NCBI GenBank assembly: GCA_038087875.1
Contig: CM075992.1
Location: forward strand, 250,001-314,000
DNA from: Malacoraja senta
Taxonomy: Eukaryota
Reading direction: 5' to 3'
DNA: 64,000 nt
A program made the translations under genes and the position numbers. The notes under the pieces were generated by a model. The model was given only the letters and a program-made list of their open reading frames with translations, was not told the DNA's origin and searched no databases. How positions within the stretch are numbered: position 1 is the stretch's first letter; the number at the start of each line of letters is the position of its first letter. Shown piece after piece: positions 11,500 to 24,384 of the stretch.

Positions 11500-14400
11500 G
11501 GAATTAAAAGTATTGTATATGAATGCGCGAAGTATAAGAAGTAAAATAGATGAGCTTGAGGCTCAGTTAGAGGTTGGTAGATATGACATTGTGGGGATTA
11601 CTGAGATGTGGCTGCAGGAGGATTGGGCATGGGAAGTTAATATTCAGGGTTATACATCCTATAGAAAGGACAGGCAGGTGGTTAGAGGAGGGGGGGGGGT
11701 AGCTCTGCTGGTGAGGGATGGAATTCAGTCCCTTGCGAGGGAAGACATAGGGACTGACGAGGTAGAATCACTGTGGATTGAGTTGAGGAATTGCAAAGGC
11801 AAGAAGACACTAATTGGTGTTATCTACAGACCCCCAAATAGTAGCCCGGATGTAGGGTGTAAGTTGCAGCAGGAGTTAAAACTGGCATGTAACAAAGGTA
11901 ATGCCACTGTGGTGATGGGGAATTTCAATATGCAGGTAGACTGGGAAAATCAGGTTGGTTCAGGACCCCAAGAAAGAAAGTTTGTAAAGTGCCTCTGAGA
12001 TGGATTCTTAGAGCAGCTTGTTATGGAGCCGACCAGAGAAAAGGCAATTCTGGATTTAGTGTTGTCCAATGAACCAAATTTGATAAGAGAACTCGAGGTA
12101 AAGGAACCGCTTGGAGGTAGTGAGCATAATATGATTAGTTTTAATCTGCAAATTGAGAAGGAGAACGTTAAATCGGAAGTGTCAGTGATGCAGTTGAACA
12201 AAGGGGACTATGAAGGCATGAGAGGGGAGCTGGCCAAAGTAGACTGGAAAGGGATCCTAGCAGGAATGAAGGTGGAACAGCAATGGCAGGAATTTCTGGG
12301 CATAATCCGGAAGACGCAGGATCATTTAATTCCAAAAAGGAAGAAAGATTCTAAGGGGAGTAGGAGGCAACCGTGGCTGACAAGAGAAGTTAGGAATAGA
12401 ATAAAACTAAAAGAAAAGATGTATAACACAGCAAAGAGTAGCCGGAAGCCAGAGGATTGGGAAACTTTCATAGGACAACAAAAGGAAACAAAACGAGCAA
12501 TACGGGCTGAAAAGATGAAGTACAAGGGGAAGCTGGTCAGGAATATAAAGAAGGACAGTAAAAGCTTCTTTAGATATGTTAAGGGAAAAAGAATAGCAAA
12601 GTCAAATGTGGGTCCCTTGAAGGCAGACACGGGTGAAATTATTATGGGGAACAAGGCAATGGCAGCAGAGTTGAACAGATACTTCGGATCTGTCTTCACT
12701 GAGGAAGACACAAACAATCTCCCAGAAGTACTGGTGGAGAGAGGATCTAAGGGGGTAGAGGAACTGAAATAAATTTTCATTAGGCTAGAAATAGTATTAG
12801 GTAGGCTAATGGGACTGAAGGATGATAATTCCCCTGGGCCTGGTGGTCTGCATCCCAGGGTCCTCAGGGAGGTGGCTCTAGAAATAGTGGACACATTGGT
12901 AATCATTTTCCAATGTTCAATAGATTCAGGATCAGTTCCTGTGGAATGGAGGATAGCTAATATTATCCCACTTTTCAAGAAATGAGCGAGAGAGAAAACG
13001 GGGAATTACAGACCAGTTAGCCTGACCGGTGGTGGGAAAGATGCTGGAGTCAATTATTAAAGAGGTAATAATGGGGCGTTTGGATAGCAGTAAAAGGATT
13101 AGTCCAAGTCAACATGGATTTATGAAAGGGAAAACATGCTTGACTAATCTTCTGGAATTTTTTGAGGATGTGACAAGTAAAATGGATGAAGGGGAGCCAG
13201 TGGATGTAGTGCATCTAGACTTTCAGAAAGCCTTTGATAAGGTCCCGCACGGGAGACTGGTGACTAAAATTAGAGCACATGGTATTGGGGATAGGGTGTT
13301 GATGTGGATAGAAAATTGGTTGGCAGACAGGAAGCAAAGAGTAGGAGTGAATGGGTCCTTTTCAGAATGGCAGGCAGTGGCGAGTGGAGTGCCGCAAGGC
13401 TTGGTGTTGGGGCCGCAACTGTTTACCATATATTAATGATTTGGAAGAGGGACTTAGGAGCAACACTAGCAAGTTTGCGGATGACACAAAGCTGGGTGGC
13501 AGTGTGAACTGCAAAGAGGATGTTAGGAGGTTGCAGGGTGACCTGGACAGGTTGAGTGAGTGGGCAGATGTGTGGCAGATGCAGTATAATATAGATAAAT
13601 GTGAGGTTATCCACTTTGGTGGCAAAAACAAGGGGGCAGATTATTATCTCAATGGGTTTAAGAAGGAACTGCAGATGCTGAAAAATCGAAGATACACAAA
13701 AATGCTGGAGAAATTCAGCGGGTGCAGCAGCATCTATGGAGCGAAGGAAATAGGCAACATTTCGGGCCGAAACCCTTCTTCAGACTTGATGAAGACTTGG
13801 TCTGAAGAAGGGTTTCAGCCCGAAACGTTGCCTAATTCCTTCGCTCCATAGATGCTGCTACACCCATCTGAGTTTCTCCAGCATTTTTGTGTATTATCTC
13901 AATGGGGTTAGGTTAGGTAAGGGGGAGGTACAGCGAGACCTAGGTGTCCTAGTACACCGGTCACTGAAAGTTGGTATGCAGGTACAGCAGGCAGTGAAGA
14001 AAGCTAATGGAATGTTGGCCTTCATAACAAGAGGATTTCGGTATAGGAGTAGAGAGGTTCTTCTGCAGTTGTATAGGGCTCTGGAAAGACCACATCTGGA
14101 GTATTGTGTACAGTTTTGATCTCCTAATTTGAGGAAGGACATCCTTGTGATTGAGGCAGTGCAGCGTAGGTTCACGAGATTAATCCCAGGGATGGCGGGA
14201 CTGTCATATGAGGAAAGATTGAAAAGACTAGGCTTATATTCACTGGAGTTTAGAAGGATGAGGGGGAATCTTATAGAAACATATAACATTATAAAAGGAC
14301 TGGACAAGCTAAATGCAGGAAAAATGTTGGGTGAGTCCAGAACCAGGGGCCACAGTCTTAGAATAAAGGGGAGGCCATTTAAGACTGAGGTGAGAAACTT

Positions 14401-14551
14401 TTTCACCCAGAGAGTTGTGAATTTGTGGAATTCCCTGCCACAGAGGGCAGTGGAGGCAAAATCACTGGATGGATTTAAGAGAGAGTTAGATAGAGCTCTA
14501 GGGGCTAGTGGAATCAAGGGATATGGGGAGAAGGCAGGCACGGGTTATTGA
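11500..14551 (+). pseudogene. CR1 ORF2 (APE endonuclease plus reverse transcriptase), disrupted
   Basis: APE motifs YMNARSI, GITE, YRPP and MGNFN; RT motifs QHGFMKGKTC, LDFQKAFDKVPH, GVPQGLVLGP and FADDTKL. Stops at about 11996, 12770, 12983 and 14118, plus frameshifts. Confidence 0.92.
13661..13891. mobile_element. Palindromic PLE terminal-repeat insertion with target-site duplication
   Basis: Two ~93-bp inverted arms around a short spacer; flanked by tattatctcaatggg at 13642-13656 and 13892-13906; splits the CR1 RT coding sequence (DYYLNG). Confidence 0.85.
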
Positions 14552-14643
14552 TTGGGAATGATCAGCCATGATCACAATGAATGGCGGTGCTTGCTCGAAG
14601 GGCCGAATGGCCTCCTCCTGTACCTATTTTCTATGTTTTTCTA

Positions 14644-14880
14644 TGAGATGAGGAGGAATTCCTCTAGTCAGAATTCATTGCCACAGATGGCTGTGGAGAC
14701 CAAGTCATTGGGTATTTTTAAAGCGGAAATTGACAGGCCTTTGATTAGTACGGGTGCCAAAGGTGATGGGAAGAAGGCAGGAGAATGGGGTTGAGAGGGA
14801 GAGATAGATCAGCTATGATTGAATGGTGAAGTAGACATGATGGGCCGAATGGACTAATTCTGTTCCTATGTCTTATGGTC
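14644..14880 (+). mobile_element. Older CR1 3' fragment, 3' half
   Basis: gagatgaggaggaatt...gaattcattgccacag...gggccgaatggactaattctg continues the fragment at 9425-9600. Confidence 0.75.
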
Positions 14881-14964
14881 ATTCCAGCTCCTTTGTGGGG
14901 GAAATGACAACAATTTCATGCAGGGCTGTGGTAAAACATTTTAGGGTGCCTTCATCCTATTAAC

Positions 14965-15129
14965 GGGCAGAACAATGGTGCAACTGGTAGAGCTGCTTCC
15001 TCACTGCTCCATCAACCCTGGTTCAATCCTGCCATCTAGCATTGTCGGTGAGAGTTTGCATACTCTCATTGTGACCATGTACATCACAAAGACAATAGAT
15101 TACCAGATTCATTGGCTGCTGTACATTGC

Positions 15130-15175
<46 letters not shown>

Positions 15176-15250
15176 TTGGTGTAAATGGGTGCTCTATGGT
15201 CAACATAGACTTATTGGGCTGAAGGGTCTGTGTCTGTGCTGTATAACTCT
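14965..15250 (+). mobile_element. Degenerate V-SINE with internal (GT)n
   Basis: Box A/B-like head (ggttcaatcc), partial V-domain, (GT)n at 15131-15174 and tail gggctgaaggg. Confidence 0.6.
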
Positions 15251-16889
15251 TACCTGAAGTCATCACCAAACACGAAATGCCCTCTCGCTGAACCAACACA
15301 TCGCTTGGTTTTGCAAATCAATCTTGCTCTCCTTGGACAGGTTCTTTATTCCATCCACAGTAACCTGAACAACACACTCGGCTATTTTTAGTTGACCATG
15401 TGCATCGGTCAGCAGTCTGTAGGTTATCAGAGCCTGCTAATCATCTCGCCAACGCAAAGACCAGCTGTTCACACGAGTGCCTGCAGAACTTGCCCACTGT
15501 GACGCCACAGTGGAGAGAGGGCAGAGAGATTAAACCATGCACTGGGTACGTTCCAGCATCTCTGAAAATCTCCCTCGAGCACAAGGGCAATGTCATATAT
15601 GGACCAGGACAAAGGACATTTGGGAAAGAACAATATGAAAATCTTTCTCATGAACTCTATTTCATCAAAAACTTTGAAATCAGAGCCTTTCATTAGATAT
15701 CAGTAAACTGCATGGAATATGAAGCAGTCATAGCATGGAAACAGGCCCTTCGGCCCAACTTTCCCACACCGACCAACATGCCCCATCCACATTAGTCCCA
15801 CCTGCCCACGTTTGTTCCATACCCCTCTAAACCAGTCTTATCCTTGGTCCCAATCTCCATTCCTCTTCTTACTCCATCCACATTTTTCTCTATTCCTTTC
15901 TCCCTCATGTCATTATCTAACATCATAAAGAGTGTTTCATTGAAATAGAACAATTAAATTCTTACTCAATGCCACTTTACCAGCACATTAAGCCACCAGC
16001 ACAACAGATAAATATACAATAAGCTATAATACAATAAATTATCAGTTATGTAGAACACAGAGTGCTGGAGTAACTCAGCGGGTCAGGCTGCATCTCTGGA
16101 GAAAAAGAATTGGTGACATTTTGGGTCAAAGAAATGTCTCGACCTAGGTAACCAGGTTATAGTATGCACTTCCAATTGAACAATGTCCATCGGGGTTCGG
16201 TACGAAGTAGGGTTCGGGTTAGGATTGTGCTCGGTGACTGAAAAGCCTGATTGTTGATGAGAAGACACAGTTCCTGAACCCAGAAGCAATGGTTCAACCA
16301 GAACAGAGATCCTAGGACAGAAACAGGCCCTTCAGCCCAACACCAATTTGCTGACCATCACATACCCAGGTGCAGTAATCCCATCTGATTCTCTCACATT
16401 CCCATCCACACCTCTCCATATCCTACACTCTCTTCCATTCTAGGGGCAATTAACCCACCAACCAACATGTCTTTCGAGCGTGGGAGGACCCAGGGCAAAC
16501 CACCACTGTCATAGGGAGAACAAGCAGACTCCACATAGACAGCAGCTGCAGTCAAATCAAACGCGGCTCACTGGAGCTGTGAGGCAGTGGTTTCACCCGC
16601 TGCAGAACTGTGCCATCCATAAATAACTGCTCCACCATTCCTTGTGGGCGCGGGTTCCATGTCAGTTTCACAGGAAACATTAGTTTCCCTCAGTTCTCCA
16701 CTGAATATATTAGTGACCACCTCAAATTCCTGACACCTAGTTTGTTTTTGCACACCAGAAGAAACATCTTTATCAATTCCTCCCACGATCTTTGTCAACT
16801 ATCAGTGATCTCGTCTTGTTTACTAAAAGTTATTTCAGTGCCTCGATATTGTTTAGATATCTAAATCTACAAGCACAGTTTTGGTGAGG

Positions 16890-17290
16890 CACATGTCAGG
16901 TCGGGGGGAGTTCCCCTTCGCCACGGGTACCATGTAATCCCGTGCTACCTGCTCCATGGTCAGATAGTCAGCGACTAAACCGTCTCCCCACCTGGTTTTC
17001 CAGGTGAGGAGGGGGCTGTGGACCCCCAGCTGGACCAAAAACAAGACCTGTCAAAGGGCGGATGAGCTTCTAGCGAGCCAACGGCCATCCACACTTCAGT
17101 AGAAGTTGCGATCACTGTCGTACACAGCATTGTAAGGAATTATGATAAAGCACACACACCAAAATCCTATACTACCAGCGGCGGAAGTCCGCAGGAACTG
17201 GAGGACAGAGATGTGTGGTGCGTCCGTCACCGTTCCCGTTGGAAAGCAGCACCACTGCGTCGCTAATGTTTTCAACGATGATGATGAATG
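16890..17290 (+). mobile_element. Candidate non-autonomous RTE-derived element
   Basis: CpG-rich ~400-bp block ending gaggacagagatgtgtgg (EDRDVW, like the RTE C-terminal DRxxWR motif) and a (gat)n tail; no long ORF. Confidence 0.45.
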
Positions 17291-17689
17291 AATTACTTGA
17301 ACAATCTCAGTCTCCCTCTTTTGCCTTCATTGTCTTCCCCTGCGACATCACCACCTCACGCCGAGATTTAGTTCAATGATCACTGACAGTTCTCAATTAC
17401 AGGAACTATTACTTACGTGTAAGCCAGTGAATCATACTCAAACAGTGGTGGCTTTCCCAACCCATCTCAACCAAAACACGTCACATAAAACAGCTCAACC
17501 CCTCAATTAGTCTTTATCTGTAACTCACATTGAGATGACCGTTACTCTATCGTGAAGTCATTTCATCTAATGATCTGGCTGGGGATAAATATATTCTGTG
17601 AATCTGACCTGGTCACATCCAGGCTGAATCAGCTCTCAGTCCAAGGACCAATAATCTTGTTCACATCCAACTTGACCAGGGACATATGT

Positions 17690-18040
17690 TACAGATGCAC
17701 ATGACGTTGGTAAGGCCACGTGTGGAGTACTGGCATCTGTTCTGGACGTCATTAAACTGGACAAGGTTACTGGGACTGCAGGATCAAGTTCTAAAGAGAG
17801 GCTGGATCTTTTATACATGGAGCCTCAGAGTGACCTTATATAGGTGTTTAACACCACAAGGGGCATGTATAGGGCGAGTGGCCATAGTCTTTTTCCCGGG
17901 GTAGGGGAGTCCAAAACTAGAGGTTATAGGTTTAAGGTGAGGGGGGAAAGAGTCAAAAAGGACAGGTGGGCAATGTTTTCACAGAGTGTGTTGTGTACAT
18001 GGAATGAGTTGCCCAGGAAAGTAGTTGAGATAGGTACAAT
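17690..18040 (+). mobile_element. Degenerate CR1 3' fragment
   Basis: Translates TLVRPRVEYW..FW and GESKTRGYRFKVRGER...WNELP. Confidence 0.75.
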
Positions 18041-18654
18041 ATTTATTTTCCCCATTGACACAACTGTTTTCATAACATGATTTTCTACACGTGAAGTTTC
18101 TTAGGAACATAACGAGGATGTTATAGCAGAACTCGCAATGTCCATTACAATCCATGTAAAGTCTGAACATTACTCGCTGTACGATCCATGTGAAGTCCGC
18201 ACCAGTTAAACTCTCCCCGAGGTATCCTGTGTGTTACACTCTGCTCCATCCCATCAGTTGGGTTAGACTGCAACTTATTTCAGTAATGCGTTATTTACCT
18301 GGACTCCCTCACCCCAAATGCCAGCAACTCGTACCCCACTAGATACACAAAATGCTGAAGAAGGGTCTTGATCCATAACGTCACCCATTCCTTCTCTCCA
18401 GAGATGCTGCCTGTCCCGCTGAGTTACTCCAGCATTCTGTGCCTGTCCAGTTTAAACCAGCATCTGCAGTTCCTTCCTACACAACTCACTCCCTACTACT
18501 CCTTACTTATCCAACCTCTTTGACTGGATTACATCTTTAAGTCCCTGTTCATTTTCTACGTATAATCCCCACGATTATATCGCAGCTGTAAGTCACTTCC
18601 AGTTACGTTATATTCTCTAAACTACCTGAACCCTTCATATTCCAGTTTGTTCCA

Positions 18655-19076
18655 TTGTTCTAGATACATACCATCATCTATTGTTATAGATATATACCAT
18701 CATCTATTGTTCTAGATACATACCATCATCTATTGTTCTAGATACATACCATCATCTATTGTTCTAGATACATACCATCATCTATTGTTCTAGATACATA
18801 CCATCATCTATTGTTCTAGATACATACCATCGTCTATTGTTCTAGATATATACCATCATCTGTTGTTCTAGATACATACCATCATCTATTGTTCTAGATA
18901 CATACCATCATCTATTGTTCTAGATACATACCATCATCTATTGTTCTAGATACATACCATCATCTATTGTTCTAGATACATACCATCATCTATTGTTCTA
19001 GATATATACCATCATCTGTTGTTCTAGATATATACCATCATCTATTGTTCTAGATATATACCATCATCTGTTGTTC
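18655..19076. repeat. 26-bp minisatellite, about 16 copies
   Basis: Unit ttgttctagatacataccatcatcta, highly homogeneous. Confidence 0.95.
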
Positions 19077-19369
19077 TCCCATCTCAACTCAACCCCTCAC
19101 TTAGATTCCAGCTCACTTCTAATCATTATCACACCTACACACCATTTAGATAGAAACAGCATGAAACAGGCCCCTCAGCCCACCAGCTCCATGCTGACCA
19201 TCAACCACTCATTTACACGAATCTAATTCAGTTTTAGATAGATAGATAGATTCCTTTATTGTCATTCAGACCTTTCGGTCTGAACGAAATAATGTTGCCT
19301 TTCTCTTCATAATATTATCAATATTCCTCCAAATGCCACCAGTACCTACAATCCAGGGACAATTTACAG

Positions 19370-19545
19370 CACATAATTAACCTACCAACCCGCATGCCTT
19401 TGGGATGAGGGGGAGAAACCGTAGCATCCAGGGAAAATACGCACAGTCACAGGAAGAATATACAAACTCCAAGCAGACAGAAGGTGAGGTCAGAATTAAA
19501 CAATGCGAGGCAGTAACTCTACCAGATGTGCCACTGTGCTGTCCT
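19370..19545 (-). mobile_element. Degenerate V-SINE
   Basis: Reverse complement of the V-domain and tRNA head (acaaactcc...gaggcagtaactctacc..tgtgccac). Confidence 0.65.
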
Positions 19546-20829
19546 AAAATGTGAACACTCCAATTTGATTCCATTTGGATTTCATTCCTGGTATCTATCT
19601 GTTGCTATGCATATAAACTACTGAAATCCTCCCTTCTCACCACACCAACATACTCCTCCATCGGCCCTGCTCGTTATAAGGTATCCTTACCGTTTAATTA
19701 GATTAAAGCTTGTGAACAATTTTACACTTGAGGGAGGAATGTACTTGAGGAGATGAAGAGCCAGGGTGCTTGATACACCTGGTGCTCTATCTTGGAACAG
19801 TTGTGGAAGGATCTGGAGTTGAGATCATACCCCCCCCCCCCCCCACCCCCCACCTAACATGACAACCCCGAGATGTCAGGGTTCTTTAAAAAAATGTTAA
19901 ACCAAACCGGAAACAGAAAATGCTGGAACCCCTCCGCATGTGTGTAGAGAGAGAGACAGAGTTGACTCTTGTGGTCGATAAACAGCGACCAAAGATGTTA
20001 TTCTGTTATACAACCCAACACTATGAATATTGATTGCTCTAACTTTAAGTGATGCCTGTATTCTCTCACCATCTCTGCCCTCCACCAAATCATACTAGCT
20101 TTGAAGTCGTCTTGTTGAGTCTCATTGTCTGTAACTTGTTCTCACCTAACACAGAGGGAACAATGACCTGTTTCATTTATCTCTGTTACTTTTTTTGCAT
20201 ATCTTTCATTCATTTGTTCTATATCTCTCTACATCACCGTTTATATCTCACAACCACTGAATTATTGAGTTACTGAACCCGGCTTTGATGCTACCAGTTA
20301 GTAGGCTCTCCAATGTACATCTGTAGAAGCTTGATAGAGCATCCATCGATGGACGTAGAGGCGTTGGTGAGCTGGCTTTATGTTTGTATCAATGTACTAG
20401 GCCCCAGGACAAATCTTCAATGATACACGCCCAGGAATTTGAAGCTGTTGACTCTCTCTCTCTCCACCACATTTCTGGGTATGAATTCCTTTCTCCAACA
20501 TTCGGCAGTGCATTGAGTTTCTGAGCTCATTTCAAAGTGATAGCTTTCAAGGCTCTGTCTGCTGATGTTGTTTAGTGAGGACAGTTTGATCTAATTTCTA
20601 TATTTGACAAGAGCTAATCACACGGAGCTCTGGAGAAGACACTTCCCTGAAAATAAGAAAACATTTGTGGTGCCTGGATGCCATGAACAATCTCACAGCT
20701 GATGAAATAAAGAGCAGTTGCTGTAATAATGAAGCAAGTGAAACAATTAGTTCCAACCATCAATTCACTAATGATTAGATAATGGCCTTGATGTTGATCA
20801 AACAATAAATCTTGGCTTGGACACCACCA

Positions 20830-20935
20830 AGAACTTTTCTTTCTCAAAATGGAATCCTTAAAGGGCACCCGAGAGAACATTTGGGCTTCAGCTCATAGTT
20901 CCACCTGAAAGACACTGTCTTTGAAGGCAGCAGCC
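20830..20935 (-). mobile_element. Possible ancient Deu-domain SINE remnant
   Basis: cacccgagag...gggcttcag...cacctgaaagacactgtc..gaaggcagca resembles my recollection of the reverse-strand Deu/SacSINE core; very diverged. Confidence 0.3.
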
Positions 20936-21549
20936 TGGGTCTGGACCCCATCCAGGAATGACGAGCAAATGTTGTTGAAGTGGCAGCTGGCAAGACCAGG
21001 CAAGGACGTTGACCACGTCCGCAAGGCTCCTTCTGGGGAGACTCATTGGGGGCTTGTCAAGGATACATTTCACACAGTGGATGAAAAGTCCAAAAGGAAC
21101 TGAGAATGGAAATATAATAATCCTGCTTGTTTATGATCCTTTGCTGGTTCAAGATAAAGTGTGGTCGTACATTTGGATCATGAAAACGCCACAATCAAAT
21201 CCATCTCCACAACTCTCCCTGACACTGCAATCCAGTCCCTCATCAATGTGTTATAAAGAAGTCTATCCTCCTGTCATTTTTGTTTCACCTTCATTCTCTA
21301 TCTTCTAGTTCCTGATGCCTCCACCATATTCTTTCTATCTGCTTCCCTTGTAATGACATTTTGTCACCTATCCTTTTTCTCCAGAGATGCTGCCTGGACC
21401 GCTGAGTTAAGCCAGCACTTTGTATCTATGGTATAAACCAGCATCTGCAGTTCTTTGTTTCTACATGATGATTAAACCATTGGATTATTGAATAAAATAC
21501 TGTTTAGTAATCGAGAGACATTTGGATCACTAATCCATTGCAATTTGAA

Positions 21550-22090
21550 CAGTTTAGTTAAGTTTATTGTCACGATACCAAGGTCCAATGAAAAACTTTA
21601 TTGTTGCTTGCTAGCCAGGCAGTGAAAAGACTATACATGATTGCAGTGCGGTGGCACAGCGGTAGAGATGCTGCCTCATCACCAGAGACCCGGGTTCGAT
21701 CCTGACTATGGTGCTGTCTGTAGGGAGTTTGCATGTTCTCCCTGTGACCATATGGGTTTTCTCTGGGTGCTCCAGTTTCCTCCCATGTTCCAAAGATGTA
21801 CAGGTTTGCAGGTTAATTGGCTTTGGTAAAATTGTAAACTGTCGTTAGTGTGTAGGATAGTGCTAGTGTACGGGGTGATCGCTGGTCGGTGTGGACTCGG
21901 TGGGCTGAAGGGCCTGTTTCCGCGCTGTATCTCTAAAGTCTAAAGAAAATCAAGCGGTTCACAGTGTAGTGATACAGGGCAAAGGAAATAACGTTTAGTG
22001 CAAGATAAAGTCCAGTTAATCCCAAATAAAGATAGTCCAAGGGTCTCTATTGAGGTAGATGGGAGGTCAGGTCCGCTCTCTAGTTGTGAT
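21550..22090 (-). mobile_element. Rex1-like LINE 3' fragment split by a V-SINE
   Basis: tttattgtcacg...aaaagactatacatgatt, then aatcaagcggttcacagtg...aggtccgctctctagttgtgat after the SINE. The same family is seen near 37790, 46755, 50200, 54250 and 62770. Confidence 0.6.
21647..21945 (+). mobile_element. V-SINE (HE1-like), full length
   Basis: gtggcacagcggtagag...gggttcgatcc, V-domain, and tail gggctgaagggcctgtttcc..ctctaaag. Confidence 0.88.
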
Positions 22091-22309
22091 CAGATGTGGA
22101 CAGACCCAGGAGGAAGGACAGAACCCCTGGAAACCACTTCTCTCTTTACGTACGCAACTTCCCAACACAATCACAACTTCCTTCCTTCTGGAAAATGGCA
22201 ACGAGTCCCAATTGTCCTCGAGTAAATAATGAAGGAAAATGTGGATGTTTCTTCTGAATCTTCTGAATTTTGTAGTCGGCAGGGCAGTACTCTGCATATC
22301 GCCAACTTG

Positions 22310-22531
22310 CACAATTTTACATTGTTATCAAGCCAATTAATCAAGCCAATTAATCTACAAACCTGCACGTCTTTGGAGTGTGGGAGGAAACCGAAGATCT
22401 CGGAGAAAACCCACGCAGGTCACGGGGAGAACGTACAAACTCCATACAGACAGCACCTGTAGTCGGGATCGAACCCGGGTCTCTGGCGCTGCATTTTGCT
22501 GTAAGGCAGCAACTCTACCGCTGTACCACCG
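22310..22531 (-). mobile_element. V-SINE, 5' part
   Basis: Reverse complement of the head and V-domain (ggatcgaacccggg...ctctaccgctgtaccac). Another minus-strand 3' part lies at 22735-22926. Confidence 0.85.
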
Positions 22532-24384
22532 TTTTAGGAGTATCTGTGGCATATTCACCCTCAGGATCAGTCAGTGGTTGCCATGCCTCGATTGTTGTTG
22601 TTGTTGGCAACCTTCTTCCAATGTAGACACGCTTCCCTCTGCTACTTCCTACTCCAAACATTCTTTCCCAAGGTGTTTCGGAAACGCACCTCACCCACTC
22701 CTATTCAGGTTTGAAGCTTTAGAAATGCAGGGTGGATGAAGGCCCTTCGGCCCACTGAATCCGCGCCAACCAGCGATCCCCGTACACCAACGCTATCCTA
22801 CACAATAGGGACTATTTACAATTGTTTTTAACCGAACCCAATTAATCGACAAACCTGTACGTCTTTGGAGTGTGGCAGGAAACTGAAGCACCCAAAGAAA
22901 ACTCACTCGGTCACGGGGAGAACGTATAAAGACAGATCAGCCGCGATTGAAAGGCGGAGTAGACTTGATGGGCTGAATGGCCTAATTCTGCTCCTATCTT
23001 ACGAGAACAATGAAACTCTTGAAACTCAAGGTAACCAGACCAGAACAGCATGGAACTGAAGTACATGGTGAGACCAAAACAAAGTCCATTGTTGTGCGGG
23101 GTGCTTCACGACACTGATGGCTGATGGGGTGAAGCTGTTCTCGAATAAAAGGACATATTTTCAAAATGGAGATGAGGAATTTCTTTCTCCAGAGGATGGT
23201 GAATCTGTGGAATTCATTGCCACAGATGACGCTGGAGGTCCTGTAATCTTTGATGTCTTTCTTAATCAAGAACCTTTCAATCACTGCTTTAAAAATACCC
23301 AATGTCTTGAGTCTATGACTCTCTAACTCTCTGCATCTCTGCTCCTTATATCAGGCTCTATTGTCCAAGTAATTGGGCATTTGTTCCCCAAAACCTCTCA
23401 TGTGACCAGATACAAAACTTTGTCTGCTAATTGTCAATGAAGAGTTTGAAATATTTTGTTATATTAAAAGTGCTGTAAATATTACTTGGAGAAACATCAA
23501 TTTACACACAGCAAACCAACACAACACCGAGATAGTCATAGTCACAGTATAGATACAGGCCTTTCGGCCCAACAGCACCATGACAGCTCTCCTGCCCCAT
23601 CTCTACTACTTCACTGATCCCATTTGCCAGCACTATCTAAATGTCTCTTAAACGTACTGATTGCATCTGATTCCATCACCTCCTCGCAGAATGTCTGGGA
23701 AGAAATTGCAGATGCTGGTTTACACCGAAGATAGATACAAAAAGCTGGAGTAACTCAGCAGGACAGGCAGCATCTCTGGAGAGAAGGAATGGGTGACGTT
23801 TCGGGTCGAGACCCTTCATCAGCCTGTCTACCTCCTCTCATGATGTTATTTACTTCAATCAGGTCACCCCATCGCTCCAGAAGAAATGTACAGTCTATCC
23901 AATCTCTACCCCCATCACTAAAGTTGGACTAAAGTCGCAGAGTTCATGTTTGGCCACAACATATCTAAGGCAAGTTCAATCATAAATGCAGGAAATGCAT
24001 AGCGTCATTGAGAAGAGACAGAGTCAGCGTTTCAGTCCAGAGACTCGTATCTGAAATATGAGCTCTGCTCCTCTCTCCGCAGGTGCTGCCTAACCTGCTG
24101 AGTGTTTCCAGCAGTTTCTGTTTTTATTTTAGATCTCCAGATCTGCAGTTTTTGTGATTTTCGCAATATTTTTCTCAGCTTGACATCGGATTAACAATGT
24201 ACAAAAATGCTGGTTGTTTCTTCCCCCAATGTTTTTACAGAAATGTACCTCAGGGTCCTGCAATGCAAGATGTTTACACAAAGACCAAGTCCTCCCCCTA
24301 CCCCCCCCCCACCCCAATCCCCTCAGAGGCTGCCCCACCCACAGTTTCCCCACAGGGAATAAACCGCATCTTGTGCGTAGGAAA

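Larger units (their letters stand above)
9601..14643 (+). mobile_element. Near full-length decayed CR1-clade LINE (HER1-like)
   Basis: 5' UTR, ORF1, ORF2 with APE and RT domains, 3' UTR and ttctatgt-type tail. Carries several stops and frameshifts and two nested insertions (10188-10677, 13661-13891). Confidence 0.95.

Noticed and set aside
12322..14541. Minus-strand ORFs of 215-218 aa
   Set aside because: Antisense shadows of CR1 ORF2.
18655..19076. CRISPR-like regular array
   Set aside because: Units are contiguous with no unique spacers, there are no cas genes, and the context is eukaryotic; an ordinary minisatellite.
21647..21720. tRNA-like sequence with A/B boxes
   Set aside because: It is the head of a V-SINE, with no complete cloverleaf.
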